Assembly (NCBI GenBank): GCA_024704765.1
Contig: JAKMXF010000298.1
Location: 1-64,000, forward strand
Reading direction: 5' to 3'
DNA from: Oopsacas minuta
Lineage: Eukaryota; Animalia; Porifera
Length of the DNA: 64,000 bases
Within the stretch, counting starts at the first letter, position 1; each line of letters opens with the position of its first letter. Position numbers and translations under genes: made by a program. Below the pieces are notes generated by a model. That model was not told the origin of the DNA. It did no database searches and worked only from the letters and a program-made list of their open reading frames with translations. Shown here one piece after another: positions 12,645-22,562 of this stretch.

Positions 12645-12998
12645 TTAGCACTGCAACTTTAGCTTCAAATCCTTTATTTCTTTTTCTAACAACTTCTTTT
12701 TTATCGTCCATTCAAGCTTTTTTTGCTGCAATTTTACGATTGCTTTCTGACGTCTAATCTTAAAAGTAGTCTCATTTTTTCCGCTAAGATACGATAATTG
12801 TTTAATAACAAATATTCTTCTGTTTAGGATAATGGCTTCTACTTCCGCATTGAATGTATTGCCTAACATTTTCTGTATTTCAGCATTAGAAGTTAATTTT
12901 AATTTGGAATCGTCCAATACGTGAGCTAAATCTGTATTTTGTATCTTTTCCTTCCAATCAGGTATTAGAATCTCCTTAATTAAATTCAATGAACTCAT
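12645..12998 (-). CDS. Small divergent Maf-like bZIP/coiled-coil protein (117 aa), paralog of 21917-22312
   Basis: First in-frame ATG is at 12998 (the track start is GTG). Shares the pattern xIL..xWKE...D.xKL..T with the 21917 ORF and has a C-terminal leucine heptad region. Confidence 0.55.
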   Translation of the reverse strand: MSSLNLIKEILIPDWKEKIQNTDLAHVLDDSKLKLTSNAEIQKMLGNTFNAEVEAIILNRRIFVIKQLSYLSGKNETTFKIRRQKAIVKLQQKKLEWTIKKKLLEKEIKDLKLKLQC

Positions 12999-13240
12999 TC
13001 TTTCTTTCTCTAACTTCCATTCCACCTTTAAATACTCAAATAATTGTATTCGTTAATGTCCCTCATTACAGATGTTACATAACGTCTTTGTAATATTAGT
13101 TTTAGTACTAATAATACAATTCTTGTAATATTAGTTTTAGTAAATATTTAATTATTCGTAAGAGTTGATTAAATAATCTTATAAATCACTTAAAGAGTGA
13201 AGCATGAATACATCATACATACTTTAGGAGACGTATACAA

Positions 13241-13276
<36 letters not shown>
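13241..13276. repeat. (AAT)12 microsatellite
   Basis: Direct reading; lies in the divergent intergenic region upstream of cyclin H. Confidence 0.97.
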
Positions 13277-13330
13277 CTGTTATATTATATTTTAATTAAT
13301 TACATGTGTTAGTTGTAGAGTTGTAAATAG

Positions 13331-14197
13331 ATGTTTAATGAGAGTACACATAAGAAGCACTGGCTATTCCCAGACCTGGCCCATATAGATAAGTTACGTA
13401 AAGAAGCTTATGATAAACACATAGAAACATATACACCATTAAATCCCATTACCTACGAAGAGCAATCTCTTCTTATCAGACATTATAGCAAAGAATTAAT
13501 AAAGTTCTGTTCAGTTTATAATCCGCCAGTACCTCCAGGCACAATATACACAGCACTGACTTACTTCAATAGGATTTACCTCCGTGAGGCATCTATCCAG
13601 CTACAACCTAGAGATATGATGTTTTCTTGTGCTTATCTTGCTTTTAAAGTGGATGAATATAACTTATCCATAGATCAATTCCTCAAGGTGTTGCCTAAGG
13701 AGATGCAGAGTTTAGTGGGTCATACTGTTATTTCTTTTGAATTGACAGTTATGAGTGCTTTGAATTGTGAACTAGCAGTTTACAGCCCGTACAGACCACT
13801 TCACGGACTATTGACTGATATGAAGGTTAGACACTCAGAAGAAGTAGAATTATTGAAAGACAAGAGCGAGAAATACTTATCTTTGTCGATATTGACAGAT
13901 GTCATATTCTTGTATCCTCCTAGTCAGATAGCTCTGTGTGCTATTTATATTTCCTGCGAAGATTTGGGCATAGACATCGAGCAATACATGACAGAGTGTC
14001 TCTTTTCGGATCAACCAGACGGTATGAAGCAAGCAATTAAGATAGTCCGTACACAAGATGAGATACTTAAGCAACACAATAACAAGTATCTGGGGGATTC
14101 AGAGTGGAAGATAATTGAGGAGAAATTAGGGAAGTGTAGGAATCCAGAGTTTGACCCGAGAGATCCAAATTTTACGTTTAGAAATAAACAAATTTAA
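13331..14197 (+). CDS. CCNH: Cyclin H
   Basis: MFNESTHKKHWLF start; TALTYFNRIYL; SCAYLAFKVDEYNLSIDQF; YSPYRPLHGLL. Confidence 0.95.
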   Translation: MFNESTHKKHWLFPDLAHIDKLRKEAYDKHIETYTPLNPITYEEQSLLIRHYSKELIKFCSVYNPPVPPGTIYTALTYFNRIYLREASIQLQPRDMMFSCAYLAFKVDEYNLSIDQFLKVLPKEMQSLVGHTVISFELTVMSALNCELAVYSPYRPLHGLLTDMKVRHSEEVELLKDKSEKYLSLSILTDVIFLYPPSQIALCAIYISCEDLGIDIEQYMTECLFSDQPDGMKQAIKIVRTQDEILKQHNNKYLGDSEWKIIEEKLGKCRNPEFDPRDPNFTFRNKQI

Positions 14198-14280
14198 TAT
14201 TATACTATCTAATTACATAATATAGATTAAATCATAAGAACTAACATTATTTATTTATATGCATTAGATAAACTGAATTG

Positions 14281-14559
14281 ATGGGACAAGAATTAGCTCA
14301 CCTAACTCGCACTGCTTGGCAGAGAGAGCCTATTATACTAATCTCAGTTATAGGGGCTATTATCGGCCCATTGGGTGTGATTACAATGCCTTCTTTTTCT
14401 CAGAGAACATTTAAAGATATTAGAGACTTCCCAAAAGAATATCCATGGCCAGAGACTGCAGATGAGAGACGTAAACCTGTGCTTGAAGTTAAGGTACCAG
14501 AAATCGATGATCCTGTTAGAACATGGTTCTTGAAGCAATTTGAAGATGATCTCTTCTAA
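14281..14559 (+). CDS. NDUFA3: NADH dehydrogenase 1 alpha subcomplex subunit 3-like
   Basis: 92 aa; AWQREPIILIS followed by one TM helix and YPWP, matching the NDUFA3 AWxKEP...YPVP pattern. ATG at 14281 (the track start is TTG). Confidence 0.8.
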   Translation: MGQELAHLTRTAWQREPIILISVIGAIIGPLGVITMPSFSQRTFKDIRDFPKEYPWPETADERRKPVLEVKVPEIDDPVRTWFLKQFEDDLF

Positions 14560-14694
14560 TTTGATTGATGTTAGTATTTGAACGATATGTTACAACAAGT
14601 TTACCTTAATAACAATATAATACATATTATATGCTAAACATTACTCCCGTATATATCAAATAATTGTTACCAGCTCATTAGTTATAAGGCTGCT

Positions 14695-16404
14695 ATGGAT
14701 ATACAGAAAAAAAAACTTCTGAATCGTCTGGAGAATTGTGATTTGAGCGATCTGTCATTGGTACATCAGGATATTTACACTCTTCCTGAAGAACAGCTGA
14801 GAAGTATATCTCTTGATTTGATTCCAATTCTCTTCTCAAATCTCCTCAGAGATTCTTGCTTAACTTCCTTACAGACTCTGGAGTATGTTGCTGCTATATC
14901 TAATCCTAAAGAGGCAGTAATTGCCTTACTGGAGATATCTTGCTACATTGAAAATAACTTTAATTTAATCGTATTCTTGATTCAACTAAAGTTACTAGCT
15001 CTATCAGCAAACTCTGTATCTGATAAAATGCAATACTATTGTATAGATATACAGAATAAACGATTCTTAGAATTGGTCAGTCAATGGAGTGAAGATTGTG
15101 ATTTAGGAGAAAATAAGTCAAATTCTTACAGAGAGGAAATAGAATGGCTTTTGTCTCTAAACACAGTATTTGAAATAGACTTTAATTCACAATCTCTAAA
15201 GATAATTAACAGCAATCAAACTACCAGATTCCGTGTTAATTGTTTATTTGTGAGTATTTCTCTCTTTCTTTCTTCTCTAAGGACTTTACAAACATCGTTA
15301 CAATTCACTCACAGAGAATTTCCAACACTAGTTATATTTAACTTATGGCTACTTGGATTATACACTTCACTACTTGACCTAACCTCCCAGGACTTCTGTT
15401 ATCAGTTCTTATTCAGTAAACTTATCAGTACAATAAAGCCTGTATTTCTTATAACAAACAGTGTTAGTTTATTTACATTATTTGCTACAGTACAATCTGG
15501 ATTTGAAGGAGAGGAACATGATTCGTTTAACAAATTAGTCAGACTGGGTGTAGCACATTTCATATATCTAGCAGTACATGAGGGTCTTATAATAGATCCA
15601 TTACCTATCTGCTACTCTCCTATTTATCTACAGGAATCTTTATTTCCTATCACTTGTGTATTCCTGTCATTCTCAGCTGTTCATCTCACATCTAGAGGAT
15701 TGAAGATGTTAGAGAGGGTGACAACAATGAAAATAATGTTTGGAGTCCATTGCGAGTGGCAAACTTACGCAGAATTGTGTTACAGTCTAACTCAAGTAAT
15801 GGTATATTCTGATGAAGAGAATAACAGGAAAACAGCTGTAAATATATTCAAGAGATTATTCTCCCTCTTCCCTCCTCCCCTCCTACACTGGTTATACAAG
15901 TATTTGCTATATAAAGTGTCTCACGCGGGAGTTACTGGATTTATAATCACAATCTTAAAGGATGACATCCACAAATCTCTCTTAGATTCAATCTCGGAAG
16001 AATATCGATCCTACTTTACTGGTTCTCTCCTACACTCACTACTCAAGAGAATTGTTAAAATTCCAACCACACAACCTGCTCAGCTAGCTAATGAAATTGA
16101 CTCAATTCTAAGTACAATAAACTTACTCAGATATTTATTACTGAGAGATAGTGAACAAACAAATAACACACAGGTATGGAACTTATTAACTAGGATACAG
16201 AACTATACCTCTAACCTGAATAATCTCGCTACAGAGGCTATTGTCTTGTGTCACAAAGATTTGGACATTTCAGCTAAACAAACTCCCAAAACTAACAATT
16301 CTCAGAAACAAATAGATGAATCTACTCAATACACAATTTCAAAACTATATTTAATTATTGATCTTAATAACCGTCTCTCTGAGATAATTACTGAGAGTAA
16401 ATAA
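14695..16404 (+). CDS. GLMN: Glomulin
   Basis: SNPKEAVIALLE; HAGVTGFII; SILSTINLLRYLLLRD...TQVW, resembling the glomulin C-terminal motif. Confidence 0.85.
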   Translation: MDIQKKKLLNRLENCDLSDLSLVHQDIYTLPEEQLRSISLDLIPILFSNLLRDSCLTSLQTLEYVAAISNPKEAVIALLEISCYIENNFNLIVFLIQLKLLALSANSVSDKMQYYCIDIQNKRFLELVSQWSEDCDLGENKSNSYREEIEWLLSLNTVFEIDFNSQSLKIINSNQTTRFRVNCLFVSISLFLSSLRTLQTSLQFTHREFPTLVIFNLWLLGLYTSLLDLTSQDFCYQFLFSKLISTIKPVFLITNSVSLFTLFATVQSGFEGEEHDSFNKLVRLGVAHFIYLAVHEGLIIDPLPICYSPIYLQESLFPITCVFLSFSAVHLTSRGLKMLERVTTMKIMFGVHCEWQTYAELCYSLTQVMVYSDEENNRKTAVNIFKRLFSLFPPPLLHWLYKYLLYKVSHAGVTGFIITILKDDIHKSLLDSISEEYRSYFTGSLLHSLLKRIVKIPTTQPAQLANEIDSILSTINLLRYLLLRDSEQTNNTQVWNLLTRIQNYTSNLNNLATEAIVLCHKDLDISAKQTPKTNNSQKQIDESTQYTISKLYLIIDLNNRLSEIITESK

Positions 16405-16445
16405 ATTAATTTTATTATTTTTATTGTATTAGCATTTGTTACGAT

Positions 16446-17147
16446 ATGTCAGGCCTCAAAATATTCGTTGATTTGGTGTCTCAGCCGTCAAGAGCAGTCG
16501 CTCTACTTCTGGAGGTTAACAACATTCCTTACAATAAAGTGGTTGTCAACCTGGGTAAGGGAGAGCATCTCTCGCATTCAGAACTGAAAGCTGTGAATCC
16601 AAATACTAAGGTTCCTGCCTTACAGGAGGGTAAATTCTGCTTGTATGAGAGCGGAGCTATTCTACGCTACATTTGTTCATCTCGACAGCTCCCTGACCAC
16701 TGGTACCCTAAAGATCTCGAGAGGAGAGCCTTGGTAGATCAGTACCTAGACTGGCATCACTCAACAATAAGGATAGGGTGTGCTCATTGGTTCTTTGCTC
16801 AGCATATAGCCAGACAGCCCCCTACTCATCACGTTATTGTAGACAGCAAGGCTACTCTACTCAAAGCATTTTCTATTCTTAACGATTATACTTTACAAGA
16901 CAACAAGTTCCTTACTGGAGAAATGATTTCTATAGCAGACATACAGGCAATTTGTGAGCTAACTCAGCACTGGATGGTTGGCAGGAATGTCTACTCAGGA
17001 TATCCTAACATAGAGAAATGGGTAGCTGCTTGTATCAAGGAGCTACAGCCGCAATTCGATCAAGTACATGGGATTATCTACAAAATAAAAAGTCGAGGTT
17101 TATTCGGGACCGACACAAACCCCGAGCCTCTAAAGTCTAAGCTTTAA
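16446..17147 (+). CDS. GSTT: Glutathione S-transferase, theta class
   Basis: SQPSRAV catalytic Ser motif; NPNTKVPAL; ESGAILRY; HWYPKDLERRALVDQYLDWHH. Confidence 0.93.
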   Translation: MSGLKIFVDLVSQPSRAVALLLEVNNIPYNKVVVNLGKGEHLSHSELKAVNPNTKVPALQEGKFCLYESGAILRYICSSRQLPDHWYPKDLERRALVDQYLDWHHSTIRIGCAHWFFAQHIARQPPTHHVIVDSKATLLKAFSILNDYTLQDNKFLTGEMISIADIQAICELTQHWMVGRNVYSGYPNIEKWVAACIKELQPQFDQVHGIIYKIKSRGLFGTDTNPEPLKSKL

Positions 17148-17502
17148 TCTATTATTCTAACTATAAACATTCTAGTTATTTCGTATTTGTTAGTTATATA
17201 TTTAATGATACAAGACTCAAATGAAAATGCTAAGTTTAATAACAGTACGGTGAAACAACTGAAGTGTGTGCTCTGAAAGCTAGTCAGAGTTGTCCATACA
17301 AATACAATAAAACTGCATGTTAGTAGTAATGTAAAGAACCTAATAAAATGAGAAAAAGAAACTCGAAAATATACAAACTCAAGAAGAGATTGATTCATAT
17401 TCGGCCGTCACTGTTCGGACACGTTCCCACTCGATCTTCCTCTCACGCAGTATTATTTGAAGCTAATTAGTTAGACACTTATCCTATTAGATAAACTATG
17501 CA

Positions 17503-19065
17503 TTAGCTGTACTCGCGGTAAGGCCGTAGCGCGTACAGTAGCTCTGCTTTCTGCCTGCCCTCCATCATGATAATATTGATGTGTATTTTCTCTGTGTATT
17601 CGAAAGGATTCAGTCTTTCGAAATCTGCTCGTGTGAACAGGAAGGGATAGTACGTAATAAGTTTGATTGGTAATCTGAAATCTTTGAGTAGTTCTGTGAT
17701 ATTTTTATACTTGTAATCTTCATAGAAATGTCCCAGCAAGCACTGAGTGTATCTCTTCAGTCCTACACGGATTTCTTGAGTATTGTCACAGGCTACAGGC
17801 CCTACCTTCCCATAGGTTAGATCGTCTCCTATCTGGAACTCATCGTCAACAATCTTCTCCGTAGAATCCTGACACATATTCTGTAACAGGGTGTAGCCGT
17901 GCTCCAGCCAGTTATACTCGGATGCTCGACATATTAGCTCGTCATTAATCCCTTCTTCTGGAGTGAACTCTTCCCGTAGCAAACATTTTTCGCATAAATA
18001 CCGACGTAGATAAGGATGGGGTACTAGTAACTCAGGGGGAGGTTTGATCGGGTCACGTGTGGCTAAGTTTATGAATTCTTTTTCTACGTCTGTCTCATGG
18101 CAATTGATTTCTGAGTCGATTTTCTTTAAATTAGCAACCAAATTCTCGGCTACGTTCATATCTGGAAATGCTTTAGAAATCCAAATAGATTTTGATGTGA
18201 TTACTGACTCCTTGGAGAGAGGGTGATCACTCTCAATTTTTATTCCACACCCGAGAGCTAGTTGGGAGAGGGAATGGTAGCGTGACAGTATCAGGAAAGC
18301 GTGCACGATTTGTTGGAAACTCCAACGATTCTCAGCTACAGGATCGTCAACCAGTTGGGTAATATGTTTCTTCTCCAATTTCCAGGGAGCGCTCACCAAT
18401 ATTCTATTTACTTCTTGCAACTTCTTTAGCTTTGTAGGAATATTTTCAAGACCTTCCAGCCAGAGCACAGGTCCTTTACAATTCAGGAAATTTAATTCTT
18501 CTAAAGTAACTAGGTAGAGACAGCCTTGAGAGGCAGCAGCCATTATGGCAATGTAATGTCTCCAGGATTGAGATAGTACACTGTTACCATACATTATACG
18601 CTTATGAGCCTCTAGGAAAATGCTCAGGAATTTAGGATGATATCCCAGCATGTACACTAGGTTAGAGACACGTGACTCCATGTCGAAAGCGTCCAGAAAG
18701 AAATCGTAAGGATCCAATGAATCCGAGGCATGAGTCCCTTGTGTAATTGTATCGTGTTTCGTATCTTGAAAGAAGTTAGAAGGCTGGTCGTATTCGCGAG
18801 TTGGAATCATATATTTGCTTTCTAGCACTTTCTTTATTTCTTCTAGACTCTTATCATAGTTAGAATTCTTCAACCTGTACAGCATGGTGCTCAGCTCAGG
18901 CAGGAATTTGTCGTGTGCTTCAGCGAATAATCTTTCTTTCTCGTCAGCTGTCTCAGCCTTTGGCAGAGCTTGCATCAACGCGAAAAGAGAATCCAGTTTG
19001 GAATTGCGTGTCGGTTGCATGGAAGAGAGTAATGAAGTCAATTGGTCTTGATTCATAGTTTGCAT
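17503..19065 (-). CDS. SESN: Sestrin
   Basis: WRHYIAIMAAASQGCLYL; RILVSAPWKL; WSFQQIVHAF; EKIHINIIMMEGRQKAELLYALR. Confidence 0.95.
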   Translation of the reverse strand: MQTMNQDQLTSLLSSMQPTRNSKLDSLFALMQALPKAETADEKERLFAEAHDKFLPELSTMLYRLKNSNYDKSLEEIKKVLESKYMIPTREYDQPSNFFQDTKHDTITQGTHASDSLDPYDFFLDAFDMESRVSNLVYMLGYHPKFLSIFLEAHKRIMYGNSVLSQSWRHYIAIMAAASQGCLYLVTLEELNFLNCKGPVLWLEGLENIPTKLKKLQEVNRILVSAPWKLEKKHITQLVDDPVAENRWSFQQIVHAFLILSRYHSLSQLALGCGIKIESDHPLSKESVITSKSIWISKAFPDMNVAENLVANLKKIDSEINCHETDVEKEFINLATRDPIKPPPELLVPHPYLRRYLCEKCLLREEFTPEEGINDELICRASEYNWLEHGYTLLQNMCQDSTEKIVDDEFQIGDDLTYGKVGPVACDNTQEIRVGLKRYTQCLLGHFYEDYKYKNITELLKDFRLPIKLITYYPFLFTRADFERLNPFEYTEKIHINIIMMEGRQKAELLYALRPYREYS

Positions 19066-20052
19066 TTATTGGTACTCAATTGGAAAATATATTTGAAAGT
19101 TGTCCTGTTGGATAGAGTTGATATTATAAGTAGACCCAGAGTCTAGCAAGCTATTTATACTTTCCGAATAGTTGCTGCAGATAAGGAAGCGAGCATTTCA
19201 GGGTACACTAGTATAGTTATTTATTATCATTTATAGCCAGTCATGCTGGGTATACAAGTATTTACAAAATAGGTGTATAATGATTCACGCGTCATAAAAG
19301 TGTAATAAGAAAAAGTTACGTGTCAAAAGTTAGTAGATCATAATTTGAATTTAGTGAAGAGGTGTGCGAGCATGGAGTGCAGTAGCTCACATCATGAGGG
19401 AGCATCTTAAAATTACGAATCAGTACAACAGTCAGAGTAACGTAATATTACTTATTAGTAGGTTATAAGATATCTCAGAAATACAAATTTGCAAGGTATT
19501 CATTCATTCAATTATTTACGATTACATTTCAAATTATATTTCATAGCCCAAATGTTGCATTTGTATTACATGTATTCAGGCTGTGTCCTGCTGTACTTTA
19601 TCATTCCCATATTGCTACTATTTAATGTCTATGTACATATGTTGTTGTAAGCAAAATGTGAGTAAAAGAGTGTAGACTTTATAGCTATTTTAAATGTGTC
19701 AAGTTACACCACTTTACACCGAATGCAAATTTCAAGTTTAATCACAAATAACAATCAAAATACTGCAGTAGTAATCGCAATATGCTTCACAGGAAATAGG
19801 TAATTTCGTAATTATAATAATGACAGGCTATTAGTTGTAATCTAGTGCTAGTGTAAACTCCAGCTATATTGTTCTAGTTATTAGCTCATGCTTGTGAGAA
19901 TTGTCTTAGATTACTAGACAATCTGATTTGTACGCGTAATACCACTCAAAAAGTAGCATGTATAATGAATGTTGGTATGCAAACTGTCATTAATCATATA
20001 ATTATTCACAGATATCTCTAAGTGTAAATACATAACGCCCTGTCATTCTTGT

Positions 20053-20805
20053 TTAGTTCGTTTTGTCAGGAACTTCTATCTTGCTCAAAAGTAGGTGAGC
20101 TTTCTGTTTCATTTTGCGGACTCGTCTCTGCTTGCTTTTGTCAGCTGTCCCTTTCTTCTTCGTTACAGTATTCACTTGTTTACTGACTTTTCTTGACATA
20201 GGGTTAGGTCCTTTAGGAATTTTCCTTTTATTAATTTTTGCAGTAACACTAACTTTAGGCAATTGTGCTTTTAATCCGGCTATAATATTCCTCTCATCTC
20301 GAGAGGGACACAGCTTTGAGTATTCTATTTTATCTGATTTAATTTTAGTTTGTAGAGAAGGTGCTTCTAAAACAAGAGCATTGTTGGCAAGAGTCAGTAT
20401 AGGCGTGCCGGGAATTTCCCTAACTTTGAACTTTAAACTTCGATCCAAAGTAGCCACCATATATCTATTCTTGTTCTCTTCACCTACGAGGCCTAGAAAG
20501 CATTCTGCAGCCATATGTTTGTTATCATGGTTACATTTAAGATATTTATATTGTTTGATGATGTACAATCCTCCTTTGAAAGGTTCTCCGAGAGAATTTA
20601 TCTCATTTACAGCACATTTTGTAGTGAAAAGTCTGACTGAGGCAGAAAGGTAATTTGATAATTGGTCGCGGATATTAATTTTGTGTTCAAGAGCAGATTG
20701 ACAGAAAGTTCCATCAATTAAAATTTGAAAAGGTTCGTGGAAATGAAATGTTGTTCTAAGAAGTTGCAATATTCGTTTTGCTTGCTTCTTCCGTTTGTAT
20801 TTCAT
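20053..20805 (-). CDS. UTP23: rRNA-processing protein UTP23 (PIN-like)
   Basis: MKYKRKKQAKR...EPFQILIDGTFC; YMVATLD; basic tail KIPKGPNPMS. Confidence 0.95.
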   Translation of the reverse strand: MKYKRKKQAKRILQLLRTTFHFHEPFQILIDGTFCQSALEHKINIRDQLSNYLSASVRLFTTKCAVNEINSLGEPFKGGLYIIKQYKYLKCNHDNKHMAAECFLGLVGEENKNRYMVATLDRSLKFKVREIPGTPILTLANNALVLEAPSLQTKIKSDKIEYSKLCPSRDERNIIAGLKAQLPKVSVTAKINKRKIPKGPNPMSRKVSKQVNTVTKKKGTADKSKQRRVRKMKQKAHLLLSKIEVPDKTN

Positions 20806-21916
20806 TAACTAAGAACTCTACAAAAATAAATAAAGGCTGTACAATATCAGATATTTTTACAAATTGGCTGATTAGTCTCAAATTCATTGTTTTGCTTCTA
20901 AACACATCTGTTGTAGAATATATGAGTACAACTCATCATATACATATCATATGAAAGTTCATTTGTGGACTTTTAATATACTTCCCTGTTATGTTGAATA
21001 AAGTTTAAAGCTATCAGGTTTGTTAAACGAGTAAACTGGTTAAGTTATCAGTAGGAGTGGCTAATAATACTTATGCGTGAAGTAATCCCGTTTTAGATTC
21101 ATTTCTTATTTGGTAGTAAATTAATCCATCTGGTGGATTGATGTGTAAGTATGTGGGCAATTCAGAGTCTAAATTACAAATTACTTCTATTCTAACCTCA
21201 CCAATTAGAGTAATATAACAGAAATAATAATTATATTCTGCTATAAAACTTATACAAGTACCGACCATCACTGATAAAGTGCTGGTGAAAATTCGGAGAT
21301 TTGGCAGAATCAGTTCATTTTCGAAAAGAATCGCTAGAAATCTGAAATAAGGATTCTCACCTAATCTACATTATACAAAATTCAATAGAAAATCAGAGAT
21401 AAGAGTTGCCGGTCTTCAGCTAGGGTAGTCATATAGAAGTTCAATGAGGTATTATTCAAGATATGAAGAACTCAATTAAATAATTCATATACTAACTAAT
21501 TGCTTCCACCGACATGATCAACTTTAATGATAATTACGTAATAATGTATGTAACTGTAACTGTAAGAATGTTTTAAGATAATTATCACTTAATTTGGAGG
21601 ATAACAAAGATTGTGAAGATTGAATATTTAGACAATTCCCTGTAGATACGTAAGCTACTTAAGGTTAAGACTGACTAAAGGATTGCTTAATACCTTCAAA
21701 TTTTCAAAATTAGAAATGAATTTCAATATTCCATATAACAACAAGAAATTACATATACCCAATACTGTGTCATTGTCGTAAGAGCAAAAGAAGAGAAATA
21801 TTATCAAATATATTTAATTATTCCACAATCAACTCAGCACATCAATTTATTTATTTAAATATAAATGGCCGAGGAGTCGTTATGGCGGTTAATTAGTAAA
21901 TAGTAAGGTAGTTCAT

Positions 21917-22312
21917 ATGGGAGCACTGGACGTGGACCGAGGATACGAAGATTTGGAGGATATTCTCAAAGAAAACTGGAAAGAGATAAGAGCCACAAAC
22001 AAATCGCTAAATCTTCCCCAGATCATAGACTATGCTAAGCTCTCTAGAACTACTACAAAGAACCTAAAGCAATTAATGAGTAGTTATTCCGAAGAAAATA
22101 TAGCTCTTCTACTGAACTTAAAGATAGATATCAGCAACAGGACTGCGTATAAAGAGTACAAATCAAGAGAGAAGATGAAACAGACCGTATCCTCTAAAGA
22201 ATTAAAGACTATGTATTTGCAGAAGAAGTCTCTAATGGAAGAAAGATCTACCTTAATTAACGAGATATTTCTTTACAAGGAATATCTATCAGCTGAAATA
22301 TACCATCAGTAA
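21917..22312 (+). CDS. Small divergent Maf-like bZIP protein (131 aa)
   Basis: KLSRTTTKNLKQLMSSYSEENIALLL...ISNRTAYKEYKSRE...LMEERSTLINEIFLYK has the spacing of the Maf extended homology, basic and zipper regions. Confidence 0.6.
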   Translation: MGALDVDRGYEDLEDILKENWKEIRATNKSLNLPQIIDYAKLSRTTTKNLKQLMSSYSEENIALLLNLKIDISNRTAYKEYKSREKMKQTVSSKELKTMYLQKKSLMEERSTLINEIFLYKEYLSAEIYHQ

Positions 22313-22562
22313 ATGTATAAGCTTACACATCGCCTTAGCCAAGAAAAGCAACAAGCAAGCAAACAAAATTAACCATTAAGTCTATTAATAATATTTTACA
22401 GTTATGTAATCCATGCATATTATTTTGCTAATAGAATCTTTGAGCCATAAAAATAGCTATCAAATTTTATCACATATTTAGAGGAGTTGTTTAATGTCAC
22501 ATAAATATAGCTTACACAGCGCTAGCGTTAATTAATGATAGCTTACATGCAAATAACTGCAG

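Noticed and set aside
17144-17398. 84-aa hydrophobic ORF
   Set aside because: It lies in the convergent 3-prime UTR region of GSTT and sestrin; hydrophobicity follows from T-richness.
19500-19525. FOXO-like ttatttac upstream of sestrin
   Set aside because: A single 8-mer in AT-rich DNA; biologically tempting but not significant.
21071-21271. 66-aa ORF between UTP23 and the Maf-like gene
   Set aside because: No recognisable motif; expected by chance in a 1.1-kb spacer, though a small gene cannot be excluded.
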